Positions 36,801 to 47,076 of a stretch of 63,831 nucleotides of DNA are shown here, one piece after another. Source of the stretch: Azolla caroliniana (Eukaryota > Plantae > Polypodiophyta). The notes under the pieces are model-generated. The model ran no database searches. It was not told the origin of the DNA and saw only the letters and a list, made by a program, of their open reading frames with translations. The stretch lies in the NCBI GenBank assembly GCA_043228905.1, contig JBHGNT010000159.1, positions 1 to 63,831 on the forward strand. Direction: 5' to 3'. The position numbers and the translations under genes were made by a program. Numbering within the stretch: position 1 is the stretch's first letter; each line of letters starts with the position of its first letter.

Positions 36801-37582
36801 TCATTTGGTGTGTCGTGGCTGCTTTTATACCGGGACGCAACGCTTCCGTCGCTTTCCGACTCCGCCTCAAGTGTTGCGAATGCTTCTGAGTCCCCGTCGC
36901 CCCCGGCGAGCGTCTGCAGTATCGTTTCCGCCTCTTGCAGGCTTGTTATGCTACTGCCTTCGTCGGGGATTTGCAGAACCCGGAACTGCAGTGCTTCTTC
37001 TGCGACTCTCCGAAGAGTTTTGGAGAATGACCGATCCCGTTGGATCTCGTCGACGGCTTACTGCAGGGCTTCCCGTCGTTGCTCGCGTTCGGTGTATCGT
37101 CTCCCTCGTTCGGTGATGTGGTCGTCGTTTGGTATAGACATCCATCCCCCGGTTGTCCTCTGCACTTTGCAGGAATCGTGGTCGCCAAAATAGTGTTGTC
37201 TGGCTGGCCGGACTAGCCTCAACACAGGTGTCTATCCAACACTTCTCCAAAGGGGTGGTAAGGATTGAATGCTAGGTTACACGCGTAAGATGATTACAAT
37301 TAAGCATAGACGGTAAACAATACGAGATACAGATAGACACGCAATAATTACTATTGTATTACTTCCGTCAAACCCTTTACAAATCATCGGATCCTTTTAT
37401 AGGCATCCGGCAAGGTTACAATCGGTGCGCTTAGGCAACCGACATCCGAATCGGTCCGGATCCGGATCGGTACAACTGTACCGGATCCGTCCCTCCGAAT
37501 AATAATTCTACTATTATTTACTTCCTATTATCCGGTCCGACTCCGCCTTCCCACTTGTCCTTGCTCTTCTGACCGGCCAATA
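30809..37582 (-). mobile_element. Gypsy D (Athila/Tat-related non-chromovirus); 5' LTR ~37194..37582; 3' end deleted
   Basis: PBS TGGCGACCACG (tRNA-Arg-like, inferred); long gag-pol; no chromodomain; inserted in the C2 5' LTR. Confidence 0.92.
31265..36361 (-). CDS. Gypsy D Gag-Pol (gag, 3 CCHC knuckles, PR, RT, RNase H, IN); gag probably starts at 37141 and is frameshifted near 36410
   Basis: 1698-aa ORF: IIDGGSGVN, CVDYRKLN, FLDGFSGYNQI, VFLDDF, FVDASD, HCGIAGGH..CDLC, WGLDFVGP, PQANGLAE, WTGPF. Confidence 0.95.
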   Translation of the reverse strand: MHVKHLPGSFATFDALKARFLRLFHRQFEQKELVGQFYTTRQEENETVPQFIIRFQTLHSQLIRAPPEDEAKAVFLAALKEPLRTMCGVLDFQTRTMDQVIDRVLEMDKTSPFLSMGMLHRALPKEEDLRFRQALQCTTCLNSGHSTVDCTLRTQCMICNSRAHTTDRCEYNLLNRQAAPVRHIEPRNQNPDEDRFRRDDGNIYADRRRDNYDREERHRDSYPRDRYDRDESPEYERCREERRQGNRNFQRNQKRGFFRREERREAARNDNPVSVPDNRKTEDDRRSIPTLQTGDKGETSNSHKVYCYYCRKEGHYSNQCPSKTNDKQPEVNMVTAEITEVQQVTTRSKGKTAEWEAQEAIRKQAAQWIKQANEQNAAEVRDKNMPKDEEIIQPGENPTWQALQDCQIVLPLAPLLQLVPRFTADLQASVSKPKPTQAPTFFSNPEEGPAVVDTSSPAITAIVKGKEIARTIIDGGSGVNVISQQTCNDLGIRDWEPCPFWLRMADTSSVRQTGLIRDLEVTIGGHVFRISAVVLQLNVQGAYPLLLGRPWLRTAHMKQSWQKNMITFRRGKTKVRVTTQPRVITSKEATPLYAESINMLEGLPDEEVERYLEEHPGIVPLFEVDITAAVEPYITTPDEPDHAAIRELRQAQESLEREMMISQRVKASQLEEVDLGTADKPRPVNVAKELPKEEKKAMVALLTDFKDVFAWSYKDMRGLDPQLYQHQIHLSTDAKPIAQRRYRMNPNYAAKVKEEIDKLLRVGFIRPVKQATWLSPILVVPKKNGKIRVCVDYRKLNAATVTDAFPLPFTDGVLDAVAGHEVYSFLDGFSGYNQIRMNPADQEKTSFVTEWGVFVAVVMMFGLKTAPATFQKIIMEIFGKYIPGFMQVFLDDFAVYSRHGEHLDHLRLCLEKCREYRLSLNPAKCVFGVASGNLLGHVVSKEGIAVDPDKVKAILEAPAPNNAKALSRFLGQIRWHSRMIRHLANFATPLHTAVHRVPFLWAETEEEAYQALKVMLSQAPVVQPPDWSKSFHVFVDASDVAIGRVLMQLTEPKWYRPVYYASRKLSKAERNYSTTEREALGMVYSVTKYRHYLLGRKFSFHVDHSALLYLVSKASLTGKIARWTLLLQEFEFDIFHRPGAQHAVADYLSRLESGEAGDGVQDDFPDAELFRITTKPATDTTVADEDTWLTEMHQFLSTRVPLENMDRDERKRVAVRSRHFCLVGDTLYHKGADGIWRRAVRSDEKDLILREAHCGIAGGHYAGDATARKIWQSGLWWPTTLKDAVKYSRECDLCQQLGQPTEQARMPHHPVLPLEPFQKWGLDFVGPFKQLAMRTGNRYVIVATDYCTKWVEAKALRDNTVASRAKLLYECIWCRYGCPIKLISDQGGHFLGQVVESLTSFYAVVHKKSTPYYPQANGLAESTNKTLQNILRKIVNENRTDWDTKLQSALWAYRTTYKTSIRTTPFRLGFGLEAVMPVEFQIPSLRIQVKERLSENESERIWLATLLELEENRIASLLQLELEQRRRKAFVDRHRRGNEKEFEVGKPVLLFQTRIGNMSGKLRFRWTGPFWITKEYNGSYQLGTLSGDVIGKWANGFRLKPYKGNMPANPFKKNPKIRQDEEPTPILTKTIPENRQKDPVSTRTDPNKSGGTSKSRGPNKEKKKKKKEDVGKIDANHSNDGEITRGGSATMQRRGAMH

Positions 37583-37939
37583 GGGGACAGGGAATAAAGG
37601 GGAGAGGACAAGAGCAAACGGGGCATCGCGCGCGAGGAGGTAGGGGGAGAGGCTTCGGAACGGAAGCCCGAGCTCTCTACTGGAATCGTCGCTCTCTGCG
37701 GGTGTCGGGAGGTCGCTGACTCTGCTTCGTGGATAGCCCGTGTGCTTCCAGCAGAGTCACTCCCTTTTGCCCCTTTTGTTTTCTTTGAGTCGTGTGACTG
37801 TCGTCGGTGTGCATGAGTTGGGTCCCCGTGTCGGGTCCGTCGCCGCCTTGTCGGTTGTAATTGTCGGAGCTTGTAACCTCTTGTCATTATAATTAAGTGT
37901 TACGTTCTATATCTCTTTTTCTTGCCTGTACGTGTCTGT

Positions 37940-37993
<54 letters not shown>

Positions 37994-38061
37994 CTCCTCG
38001 GTCCAAGACCCTCGTGGTTCCGCCCCTTTCTACACGTACGCGCATAACAACGCGACATATT

Positions 38062-38079
38062 TGGTGAACCCGACGTGAA
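38062..38079 (+). promoter_or_regulatory. tRNA-Trp PBS of C2
   Basis: TGGTGAACCCGACGTGAA, identical to the N2 PBS, 4 nt after the LTR end at 38057. Confidence 0.85.
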
Positions 38080-38101
38080 GGGGCAGCAAAGGAGTCAAAA
38101 G

Positions 38102-40232
38102 ATGAGGGGATCGGAGCTAGCAGAGGCAATGGCGGTGGCCGTCGACCGGCTGGTGAGCGCTCGTGAGGGGACAGGTACCCTCGATAGAGCCATAGAATCG
38201 ATCGTCGGCTCTATAGGCCGTTTCGGAGGGAAAGACGCCACAAGTTATTTGGAGGCTTACCGGGCCGAAATGATCATGAGGGATATCCCGGTGGACAGGC
38301 GGCTGTCCGGATTCCCTCGGGTGGTGACGCCGGGCATCCATGCAGAGGTGGTCGAGGTGCTGGCCGGATGCCAGACTTGGGAGGAGTTCGAGCTGCAGCT
38401 CCTCGAGAAGTACGGGTTTGACGACTCGCTCCGGCTGTTGAGGCGGGACTTCATGGCATGGGTGGAAAGCCCCCGAAAGGGGAGGAACACGTCGGTGCTC
38501 CTCCAGGAGTTGGAAAAACGGTTCGCGCGGCTGTCGACGCTGGACCGGACGGTGCTCGAAACAAGTCGAGTACTGCTGTTTGTCAAGTCGCTGGATGCGC
38601 TCGACAGGGAAAAGGTGGGTCCCCTATTGGAAATGGACAAAGGGCTCACGATGGACTGGGCTATGGTAAAACGGGTCTGCAACCGTTTCGACAAACGACG
38701 CGATTGGAGCAAAGGAAGCACGTCCCGGGGAGGAAACTCGAGGAGCCAGTTTCGGTGCCGGATGGGAGGAAGGAAGAGCCCCGAATCTGGCCGGAGTCGG
38801 GGTCGGCATCGAACGACGTGGTCAGAGGCCCATCAGGAGGAGCGGCTCTGGAGGAGCGGCTCTGGAGGAGCTGACACAGATGGTGCGCGACCTGCAGATC
38901 GCACAGGCCCGGAGAGACAACGGTGAACAACCTCGCGACTGGAGGCCGCCAGCTGGGCAACAGTGCATGTGGTGTGACATGATCAGTCACATTCGGAAGG
39001 ATTGCGCGGATTTCGCCGACGCGCTCAGGACCAACGTGGTGTACCTCTGGAACGGGCGGGTGCACGCAAGCGAGACCCGGAGAGCCCTAGAACTGAATAC
39101 GGGGCGCGGCGGAATGAAGAGGTTGATGGAAGAGGCCGTGGCACGGCACGTCGAAGCCGTCAACTACTCGGTGTCGGCGGGAATTCGGATCGGGGGTGAT
39201 GAGACCCGGAAGGCGAAGGATTCCAGATTCTGGCCGCTAGTGCTAGAAGGCCTCTCTGGAGTTCGGTTGAGGAAGGAAGAGGCGGACCGCGCGGAATAGA
39301 GGGTCCAGGAGGTCACCGGTTGGGACGATCCGGTCGAAGAGAAAACGGGCTTTGTAGAAACCACTCGCCAGAACTACGAGAATCTGGTGGAGGACAAATG
39401 GGCAAGAAAGGCCGGAGGGGTCGGACCCCCGAGGTATGAGACTTGGTTCGGACCGAAACCGACCGGTGCCGGCAACCCAGGCGCGCCGGACGAAAAGAAG
39501 CAGGCAGGGTTTCGGTTGAGCACCGAGATCGAAAGGACCACAGACCTACGAAAGGTCCTGGAGGAACGTATCCTCGACAACAAAGTGGAGTTGTCATTGC
39601 GGGAGGTGCTGGGAATCGCCAAGAGGGAGTTCCACGACTCTATCGTAGACTTGGTGAAGCGCAAGAGGCTCTCGACGGAGCTGGAACCGGAGATGCCGGT
39701 GGAGGTACGGACCACGCACCTGGAAGACGAAGCCCTGGAAGACGAGCTAGTGGGAAGCCACTACATGAAGCCGCATTGGGCCAGGGCGACTACGGAAACC
39801 CCTATACAGATTGGGAACGTTCTGGAACCGGTGGTGGCGTTGGTAGACCATGGATCCGAAATCAACCTGATGTCCATGGATTTCTACAAGAAGGGTAAAT
39901 GTCCGATCAACACCAAGCATGGTTGGAAGATACGGGCAGCGACGCGCGCCACGGAAGAACTACATGGGGCCTGTCCGAACGTACGGGTGAAAATCGGCGA
40001 TGTCGAGATCGACCAACACTTCTTCGTGCAGGAGACGTCCTCGCATTTGGTTATACTAGGAGAGCCATATATCACGGCAGCACGGATGGAGACCAAGGTG
40101 TTGGACAAAGGTTCAGCCTATGCTAGAGTCAAGAGCCAGGACGGGCGTCACTCGGTCCAGTTCCTAACGGTGCGACCAAACCACGAGCGTAACCGCGAGG
40201 CCTTGGGCAGCGAAACCCGAGGGTATTTTTAG
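38102..40232 (+). pseudogene. C2 gag-protease (capsid-like region, CMWCDMISHIRKDC knuckle, aspartic protease)
   Basis: ORFs 38075..38926, 38880..39299 and 39387..40232; LVDHGSEINLM, QHFFVQ, VILGEPY. Confidence 0.88.
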
Positions 40233-43057
40233 AGAGGGCTATCGAGGCGTGGAGCCACGATAGTTCGGACGTCCGGGAACAACCCCACAAATGTACAGAA
40301 CGAAAGAAGACTTGTACCATGGGTAGGAAGTTTTGGTTCTCCGACAACGGAGGTTGTACTATAACCGGCGTCAACGGCCGGGAGAGGAAGCGAGCGGAGG
40401 AGCGGCTCAAGGGATGCGGAGTCCTCTTCCCCGACGAAGACATCAGGGGCGCCGTGGAGGCGGTCTCTTTTGACGACACCTTGGGAGAACTACGAAAGGT
40501 GATTGATGAAGACCTTAGAGAAGACCGGACCGTTCCGATAGGATCGATGGGAATGTACGATCAGTTCCAACTAGCCGTGGAGAGTAGAGACATTACGACG
40601 ATGCAGACTCCTCTCGGCCTAGTGCAGATGTGTACCCTGCCACAAGGAGGGACGGACTCAGTGGCTCACATGGTGAACGCGATGAACAAAGTGCTCAGGG
40701 ATTGTGTCCCGGACATCACCATGCCATTCTTAGACGACATCCCGATCAAGGGATGCCCGATGGAGAAAAGGGACGAGGCAATCGGGCTGAATGGATGTCG
40801 GAATTTCGTGGTGTCCCACATCGATGACTGCGAGAAGGTGTTGCAGAGACTAGAGCGCACGAGGCTCACCTTCTCCAGGGAAAAGTCGGCCTTCGGACAG
40901 TCGGAGATCTTGGTGGTCAGACACCTGTGCGGGCCTTATGGTAGGAAACCGTCTCCGGAAAAGGTAGAGGCCATCTCCGCGATGAGGAACAATTGCGGGT
41001 CGGTCACGGAGGTCCGCAGATTCTTGGGGGCATTCGCGTTCTACCACATCTGGATCCTGCACTACGCACATGTCGCGGAACCCCTCTACGGGCTATTGAA
41101 AAAGGGGCGTAGCTTTGAGTGGAGGACAGAGCACACGGAGTCGGTTCGGAGACTAAAGGAGGCGCTTACGGTAGCGCCGGCTCTCCGTAAATCGGTTTAC
41201 GGCAAGGATGTTCCCATCTGCGTAACGGTGGACACTAGCCCGACCGGGATCGGGTGGGTAATCAGTCAAGAGGACAAGGGCGGCGTACGATTCCCGATCC
41301 GGTTCGGGGTGAAGGTATTAAGCGAGCGACAACGAGGGTACGCCCAGGTTAAGCGCGAACTTTGGGGTGTCGTTTCGGCAGTCAAGGCTGACAAGGATTA
41401 TCTGATCGAGACAGAGGTGATCATCGAGACAGACTGCCTGCCGATACTTGGCATGGTTTCCGGATGCGCGACGCTAAACCTAGCAATGCTCTGGTGGATA
41501 GCGTACATTAAGTCCCTGAACCTGGAGATATGGCACATCTCCGGAAAGGACAACGCCATGGCCGACATGCTTTCGAGGGCAAGGTTCAATGACGAAGACG
41601 GTATGGTTTCGGATGACGAAGAAGTCGGCGAGCACTTCTTCGGGTCGGCTAACGTAACGACGAGGAAAGGGAACACTCCAGCGTCTAACAAATTTGACGA
41701 AAGCAGGTACGACGGGCAGTGGCTCCAAATCGGGAGTTTCCTACGGACGATGAAGCCGGACGCAGTATGGGCGAGAGAGGAGGCAAGCCGGATACGGAGG
41801 AAGGCGTACCGATTCTTCCTGCGGGACAGGTGCATATGGAGGCACCCAAAGAAGAGAAGCGGCATTCCACTCCGAGTAGTAGCAAAGAAAGAAGAACAGG
41901 GGAAACTACTGGCGGCATTTCACGAGAGCCCCTGGGCCGGACACCGTGGAACGTGGGCCACTTTCGAGAAGCTGAAGCTGAAGTATTGGTGGCTGGGGCT
42001 GTACCAGGACGTGCATCGGTACGTAACGACTTGCGAAAGCTGTCAGATGCACTCTGTAGTCCGACACCGGGACGAGCTACACCCGTCCTACGCGCCTACG
42101 GTCCATTTCAAGTGGATGGTCGACTTGATGATGATGCCGATGGGGGTAGGACAGATGCGATACCTGGTGCTTGCACAGGAGGACTTAACGAACCAGGTGG
42201 AAGGCCGTGCACTGTAAAGCAAGACAACCGCGGCGGTATGCTGGTTCCTGATCGAAGAAGTAGTGTGTTGGTACGGGTGCGTCGGGAGGATCATGGCGGA
42301 CCGGGGAGAGCTGGATGCGCGGGAGGCCGAGGAGCTGTTTGATCGGCTAGGCGTCAAACTCTCCCTCACCACGGCGTACAATCCGGAGGCGAACGGAAAG
42401 GTGGAATGTGGGCACAGACCGATTGTAAAGGCGTTGGTGCGTGCATGCCGTGGGCAGGTCGGAAATTGGCCACGACTCCTTCCTTACGCGCTATGGGCGG
42501 ACTGAACTATGCACAGTTCAGTGATAGGGTTTATGCCGGCGGAGCTGATGTACGGACAAAAGCCGATCATGCCGGTGGAGCGGACGGTTTCTTCGTGGGC
42601 GGTGGTAGATTGGAAAGACGAAATGAGCCGGGAGGAGTTGTTGGCGGCGCGGATTCGGCAACTCGAGCAGAGGCCGGAGGACGTGATACGGGCGAAGGAA
42701 AGGCTGCAAGCGGCATAGGAGCGGAACAAGATCCGGTTCAACCGGACGCACCGATTGCGACCAAAGAAGATCGAGGAAGGCGACTGGGTCTTGGTATACG
42801 ACAGCAACCTCGACAATAAGCACAAGGCGGTGCGAAAGTTTGCTAGGAGATGGTTCGGGCCCTACATGGTGACGAGCGCGAACGGCCACGGAACGTACCA
42901 CCTCGCAGAACTCGACAGGACACGGTTAGCGGTGCCGGTGGCCGGAAAGCGGATCCAAACTTTCAAAAAGCAGTCCGAAGACGAGCCGGAGCCTGCGAGC
43001 GGGAGCGACAACGACGATCAGTTCGGGTCCGACGGAGAATCGGAGAGCAACGAATGA
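40226..43057 (+). pseudogene. C2 pol (RT with N-terminal deletion, RNase H, integrase, no chromodomain)
   Basis: TPLGLVQMCTLPQGGTDS, PFLDDIPIKG, TVDTSPTGIG, IETDCLP, HESPWAGH..CESC, YNPEANGKVE, WFGPY; several stops. Confidence 0.92.
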
Positions 43058-43644
43058 GGCCGGTTTTCTTCGGTATCTACCTGTCTCTGGCGCATGCCGG
43101 TGGATGCGCGGTTTGGTGGGGGTGGATGTCGTGAAGAAAACCGGCCATAGGCGGAATTGGAGAGAAAGCGCGTAAACTGGCCCTTACACGGATGAACGCG
43201 TGACTGGATACTTTGCACGCGAACCGGTGGATGTAATTACTAAGCCGCACGCATTTATTCGAGGGGATTGTGCGTATCCCGGTCAGAGGGGACAGGGAAT
43301 GAAGGGGAGATGACAAGAGCAAACGGGGAATCGCGCGCAAGGAGGTAGGGGGAGAGGCTTCGGAACGGAAGCCCGAGCTCTCTACTGGAATCGTCGCTCT
43401 TTGCGGGTGTCAGGAGGTCGCTGACTCTGTTTCGCAGACAGCCCGTGTGCTTCCAGTAGAGTCGCTCCCTCTTCGCCCTTTTGTTTTCTTCGAATTGTGT
43501 GACTATCATCAGTGTGCGTGAGTTGGGTCTCCATGTCGGGTCCGTCGCCGCCTTGTCGGTTGTAACTCTCGGAGCTTGTAACCTCTTGTCATTATAATTA
43601 AGTGTTACGTTCTATATCTCTTTTTCTCGCCTCTACATGTCTGT

Positions 43645-43710
<66 letters not shown>

Positions 43711-46223
43711 CCTCGGTCCAAGACCCCCATGGTCCCACCCCTTTCTACACGTACGCGCGTAACAACGCGACAACGGCACACGACGGTGTCGGGAATGAGG
43801 TAACATGGGTGCGCAACAGACTACACGGTTGAAGACCGGAGACGGTATCAAGAGCCGAAGAAGGATCCTCCACACTCACTTTGGAGATCTTGGCGGCTCA
43901 GTCGGAGTGGCAACGACTGGCGTGGCAAGCCGAGCCCGTGATGAGAAGCCGGTGGGGGCGAGGGGACGACGACAAGCAGAAGGATCCGGACCAGTCGTAG
44001 TGGCGCGAGACGAAAGGGGGGGGCAAGTGGGCTACTACGGGGTGGTCCTCGGACACGGAGAGGACACCGATAAGCGGAGAGAGCGTGACACACGGAGGTG
44101 CCAGACCGGGAACACCGGCGCGGAGATAGGTTGCCAGTTCAGGTGATCTCGCATAGAAGGCCAAAGAGGGATCCTCCACATTGGTTCCGGAGACCTTCGT
44201 AGTTCGGCCGCCGTGGCAGCGTAAGACCATGGACAAGGTAGGTGGCGGCGAGGGACGAAGGCGATGGAGATCAGCGCGGGACGAGAACCGGGACGACGCG
44301 AAGGTCAACGGAGGCCGAGTGGGCCATCACGGGTGTTCCCTGGACAGAGGATACCGTGTAACCGCAGGAACGAGCGGCGTGCACGCGGTCAAGAGAAGGG
44401 CCAACGGGGAAACATGCGGACTACGTGATCGCTGCGAATGACCGATCGACAGGTCCAACAAGTGTATGGCAAGGCAAACGTGGAAAATGAACCGGAGCCG
44501 ACGGTTCGGACCGGCGAGGGCAACGCCGCTGTCGGAATGCGGATTATGGAAGACCGGTTCCTCACCAGCCAGAATCCCTCACACTTCTCTGAAGTTGGCA
44601 CGTATCGGTGGACGTGTGGTTTGGTGGGGCCGGATGTCATGAAGATTCTGGGCCATGGTGAGAAACCAGGGAATATCGGAAGAATCGGCGGAGTGCATCA
44701 TGTGCCCTCACCCTTGTATAAACATGTGAATAATAGGGGTGCGTTTATGGCGCCAAGTGGGAGTCAAGTCGGGACAAAGAATCCCATGTAAATCGGGATT
44801 TATCCCACATTGTAACGCATCCCTCTCCTTGTTCTATAAAAGGAAGGGATGGTCCCTTGTAGAGGGGTTGCCCATTTTGAGTCGTCGGGGTATACCATTT
44901 TGTAGAGGTTCGTGTTGTATCTTTTCCTTTGTAATATATACACTTGTATCTGTTTGTGCATGTTGGTGTATCTGGTGATGTCGGGAGCATAGCCCTCTGT
45001 TCCCTGTGCATAAGAGTCGGTGTCGTGCGCATGCTTTCTCTCTGTCTCATGTTCGGTCGCCTCCGAGTCGTGTCCGGAGTCGGTTTTCTTGGCATCCCTT
45101 TTTCCCTCGTCCGAGACCCCCGTGGTCCCGCCCCTTTCTACACGCACGCGCGTAATAACGCGACAACTTGATTTTAATATCAAATGTTTTCCTTTTCGGG
45201 GAAAGGATCTTGGTGGCCGTCCTCACATTTTTGTGAGCATGGCGTTGTCACCATCCTGTTTTCAATAATTTTTCATTGTTGACATTCCCGTTGGTGACTT
45301 CGATTTTATTACGTAAAGAAATGCCTATAGTCACAATGATGTTGAGAACCTAGGGCTTGACCCACTTCATGTGAGGTCACTCCTATGCCACACATATCCA
45401 ACATCCCGCCCTTGTTACATGGATACGATGCCACCATGAGATCATTCTTACGAAAGGCATTCGTAATGACGTAACCATGTGATGGGCCACATGGGCCTAC
45501 TACAAAAAAAGGGCTCATTTGGCTTGACCATTAGGTTGCATTAGCGTATGCCATTGTAATTACGAGACTTGAGGTTAGGTAACGTACCTACAAAGTTTGT
45601 GGTAAACGAGGGGGAAATAAGGACTCTTGACATATATGTTTCTTTTAAAAAAACATATATGGGCAAATGCCTTGCATATCTCTTATATGCATGAAACATT
45701 AAACATTCAAGAAGAGAAACCTACAACATCGTTGATACATATGAGTATAACACATGTTTAGACTTGAGGTCTAAGTGCACTTCAGAGTCCTCGTAATAGG
45801 ACGTAAAGAGACGAAACCACATATGTGGGCACAGAAACATAGTTTATTGTTAACATTTTTTTTCGTGTATAAACTACTCATGACGCGAACAGATATGGTT
45901 GAGCCTTGAGGAGCCGGCATGAAAAAATCGATATAGAGATCAGGGAAATACATTAATTTGTCAACCCCATGGTTTTTAAAACACCTTTGTGTTACCAAAG
46001 TAACCTGATCTTGAACCTCATCTCATACGTCTAGAGGGTATTGACGTGAGATCATGATATCGATTAATGTTTCTCCATGATATGTTTACATCACGACATG
46101 ATGTTATGACTATTTTTCTGACCTTATCCGATATCTTTGCCGGAAATAATCATTCAATGGCTCAAAATAACGACCCGATGTCATGCGCTCAAGCGGAAGG
46201 AACTCAAGGAAATCCTCCTGGAC

Positions 46224-46623
46224 AATGTCGAAGTGAGTAAAAAATTGTGCCCACCGAGCTTGTTGGCGACTCAAGACTCGAGCATTTTGGAAATATGTCA
46301 AGTTCTTATGATCATTGTAAACAATGATTTGCTGAGAAGAACCTTCTAGAAAATGTCACCATTGTTGAAAAGAATCCACAATTGCAAGAATTTCTTTGTC
46401 ATGGATCTCGTAGTTGATCTCTGCAGCTTCAAACTTTCGGGAATGAAAGGCAACAGGGTGTAGCTGTCCATCATCTCCAGTCTGTGATAGGACACTCCCT
46501 AGTGCAAAATCGGATGCATCGGCTTCAAGGATGAAGCGTTTTGTTGGGTCGACATGTGCTAAGATAGGTGCCGTTGTAAATGCTTGTTTTAAGCTTTCGA
46601 ATGCCTCAGCTGCATCTGAACTA
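46224..46623 (-). pseudogene. Tcn1-like RNase H fragment (continuation of the T2 RT, inverted)
   Basis: [69 protein letters not shown]. Confidence 0.88.
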
Positions 46624-46689
46624 GACTATAGGTTGGCAGTAGCTAATTAGCTATTCTTCCTAACTATGGCAGTAGCTAATTAGCTACCA

Positions 46690-47005
46690 CTCTCGACCGA
46701 GTAGATAGACCTTCCGACAAAGGCCTCTGTGAACTCATCGATTGTCGGGCCGACTCCTGCATTTCGAATGGTCACCTTGTTGACCGGCTGTAGGTCTTGA
46801 ATAAAGCCTAGTGTGTCGTTCCTGTTCGGCACCGTAAACCACCCGTTTGAATAAGGTTCATAGCACTCGATGGCTCAAGGATACCCATCTCCACTTTCTG
46901 CTTGAGCAGCTCGAGGATGGAAGCCCTCGGTACCGGAATCGGTTTGAGACTCCACGGCACATGCGGTATCGTGAAGATCATCATTGGTTCTACGATAGTC
47001 GGGTC
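46690..47005 (-). pseudogene. Family C-type RT N-terminal fragment
   Basis: FTIPHVPWSLKPIPVPR..KVEMGILEPS, WFTV, FIQDLQPVNKVTIRNAGVGP..EAFVGRSIYS. Confidence 0.8.
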
Positions 47006-47076
47006 TACATGTTGTTGGGGTGGGGGGTTGGGTCTACATCTTCTTGGCTTCACCCCCCTCTCAAGGGGGTTTCAAT

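Larger units (their letters stand above)
30768..43772 (+). mobile_element. C2: autonomous-type fungal-like Gypsy element, 4-bp TSD ACGG; 5' LTR split by D (30768..30808 + 37583..38057), 3' LTR 43127..43772
   Basis: ACGG at 30764-30767 and 43773-43776; matching LTRs with a (CT)n tract; PPT 43110..43126. Confidence 0.9.
21369..45165 (+). mobile_element. N2: near full-length non-autonomous C-related LTR element (5' LTR 21369..21985 truncated, 3' LTR 44635..45165) with nested insertions
   Basis: The two LTRs match each other. Own internal sequence is 21986..22010, 22555..24970, 30480..30767 and 43773..44634. PPT at ~44618..44634. No PR/RT/IN motifs. Confidence 0.85.

Noticed and set aside
43602-43875. 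ER/SL dipeptide ORFs (also 10912..11327, 37893..38129)
   Set aside because: Translations of the (CT)n microsatellite in C LTRs.
47055-47076. PPT upstream of the T2 LTR implying a tandem element
   Set aside because: TCAAGGGGG is short, is separated from the LTR by TTTCAAT, and the upstream sequence shows no integrase or chromodomain.
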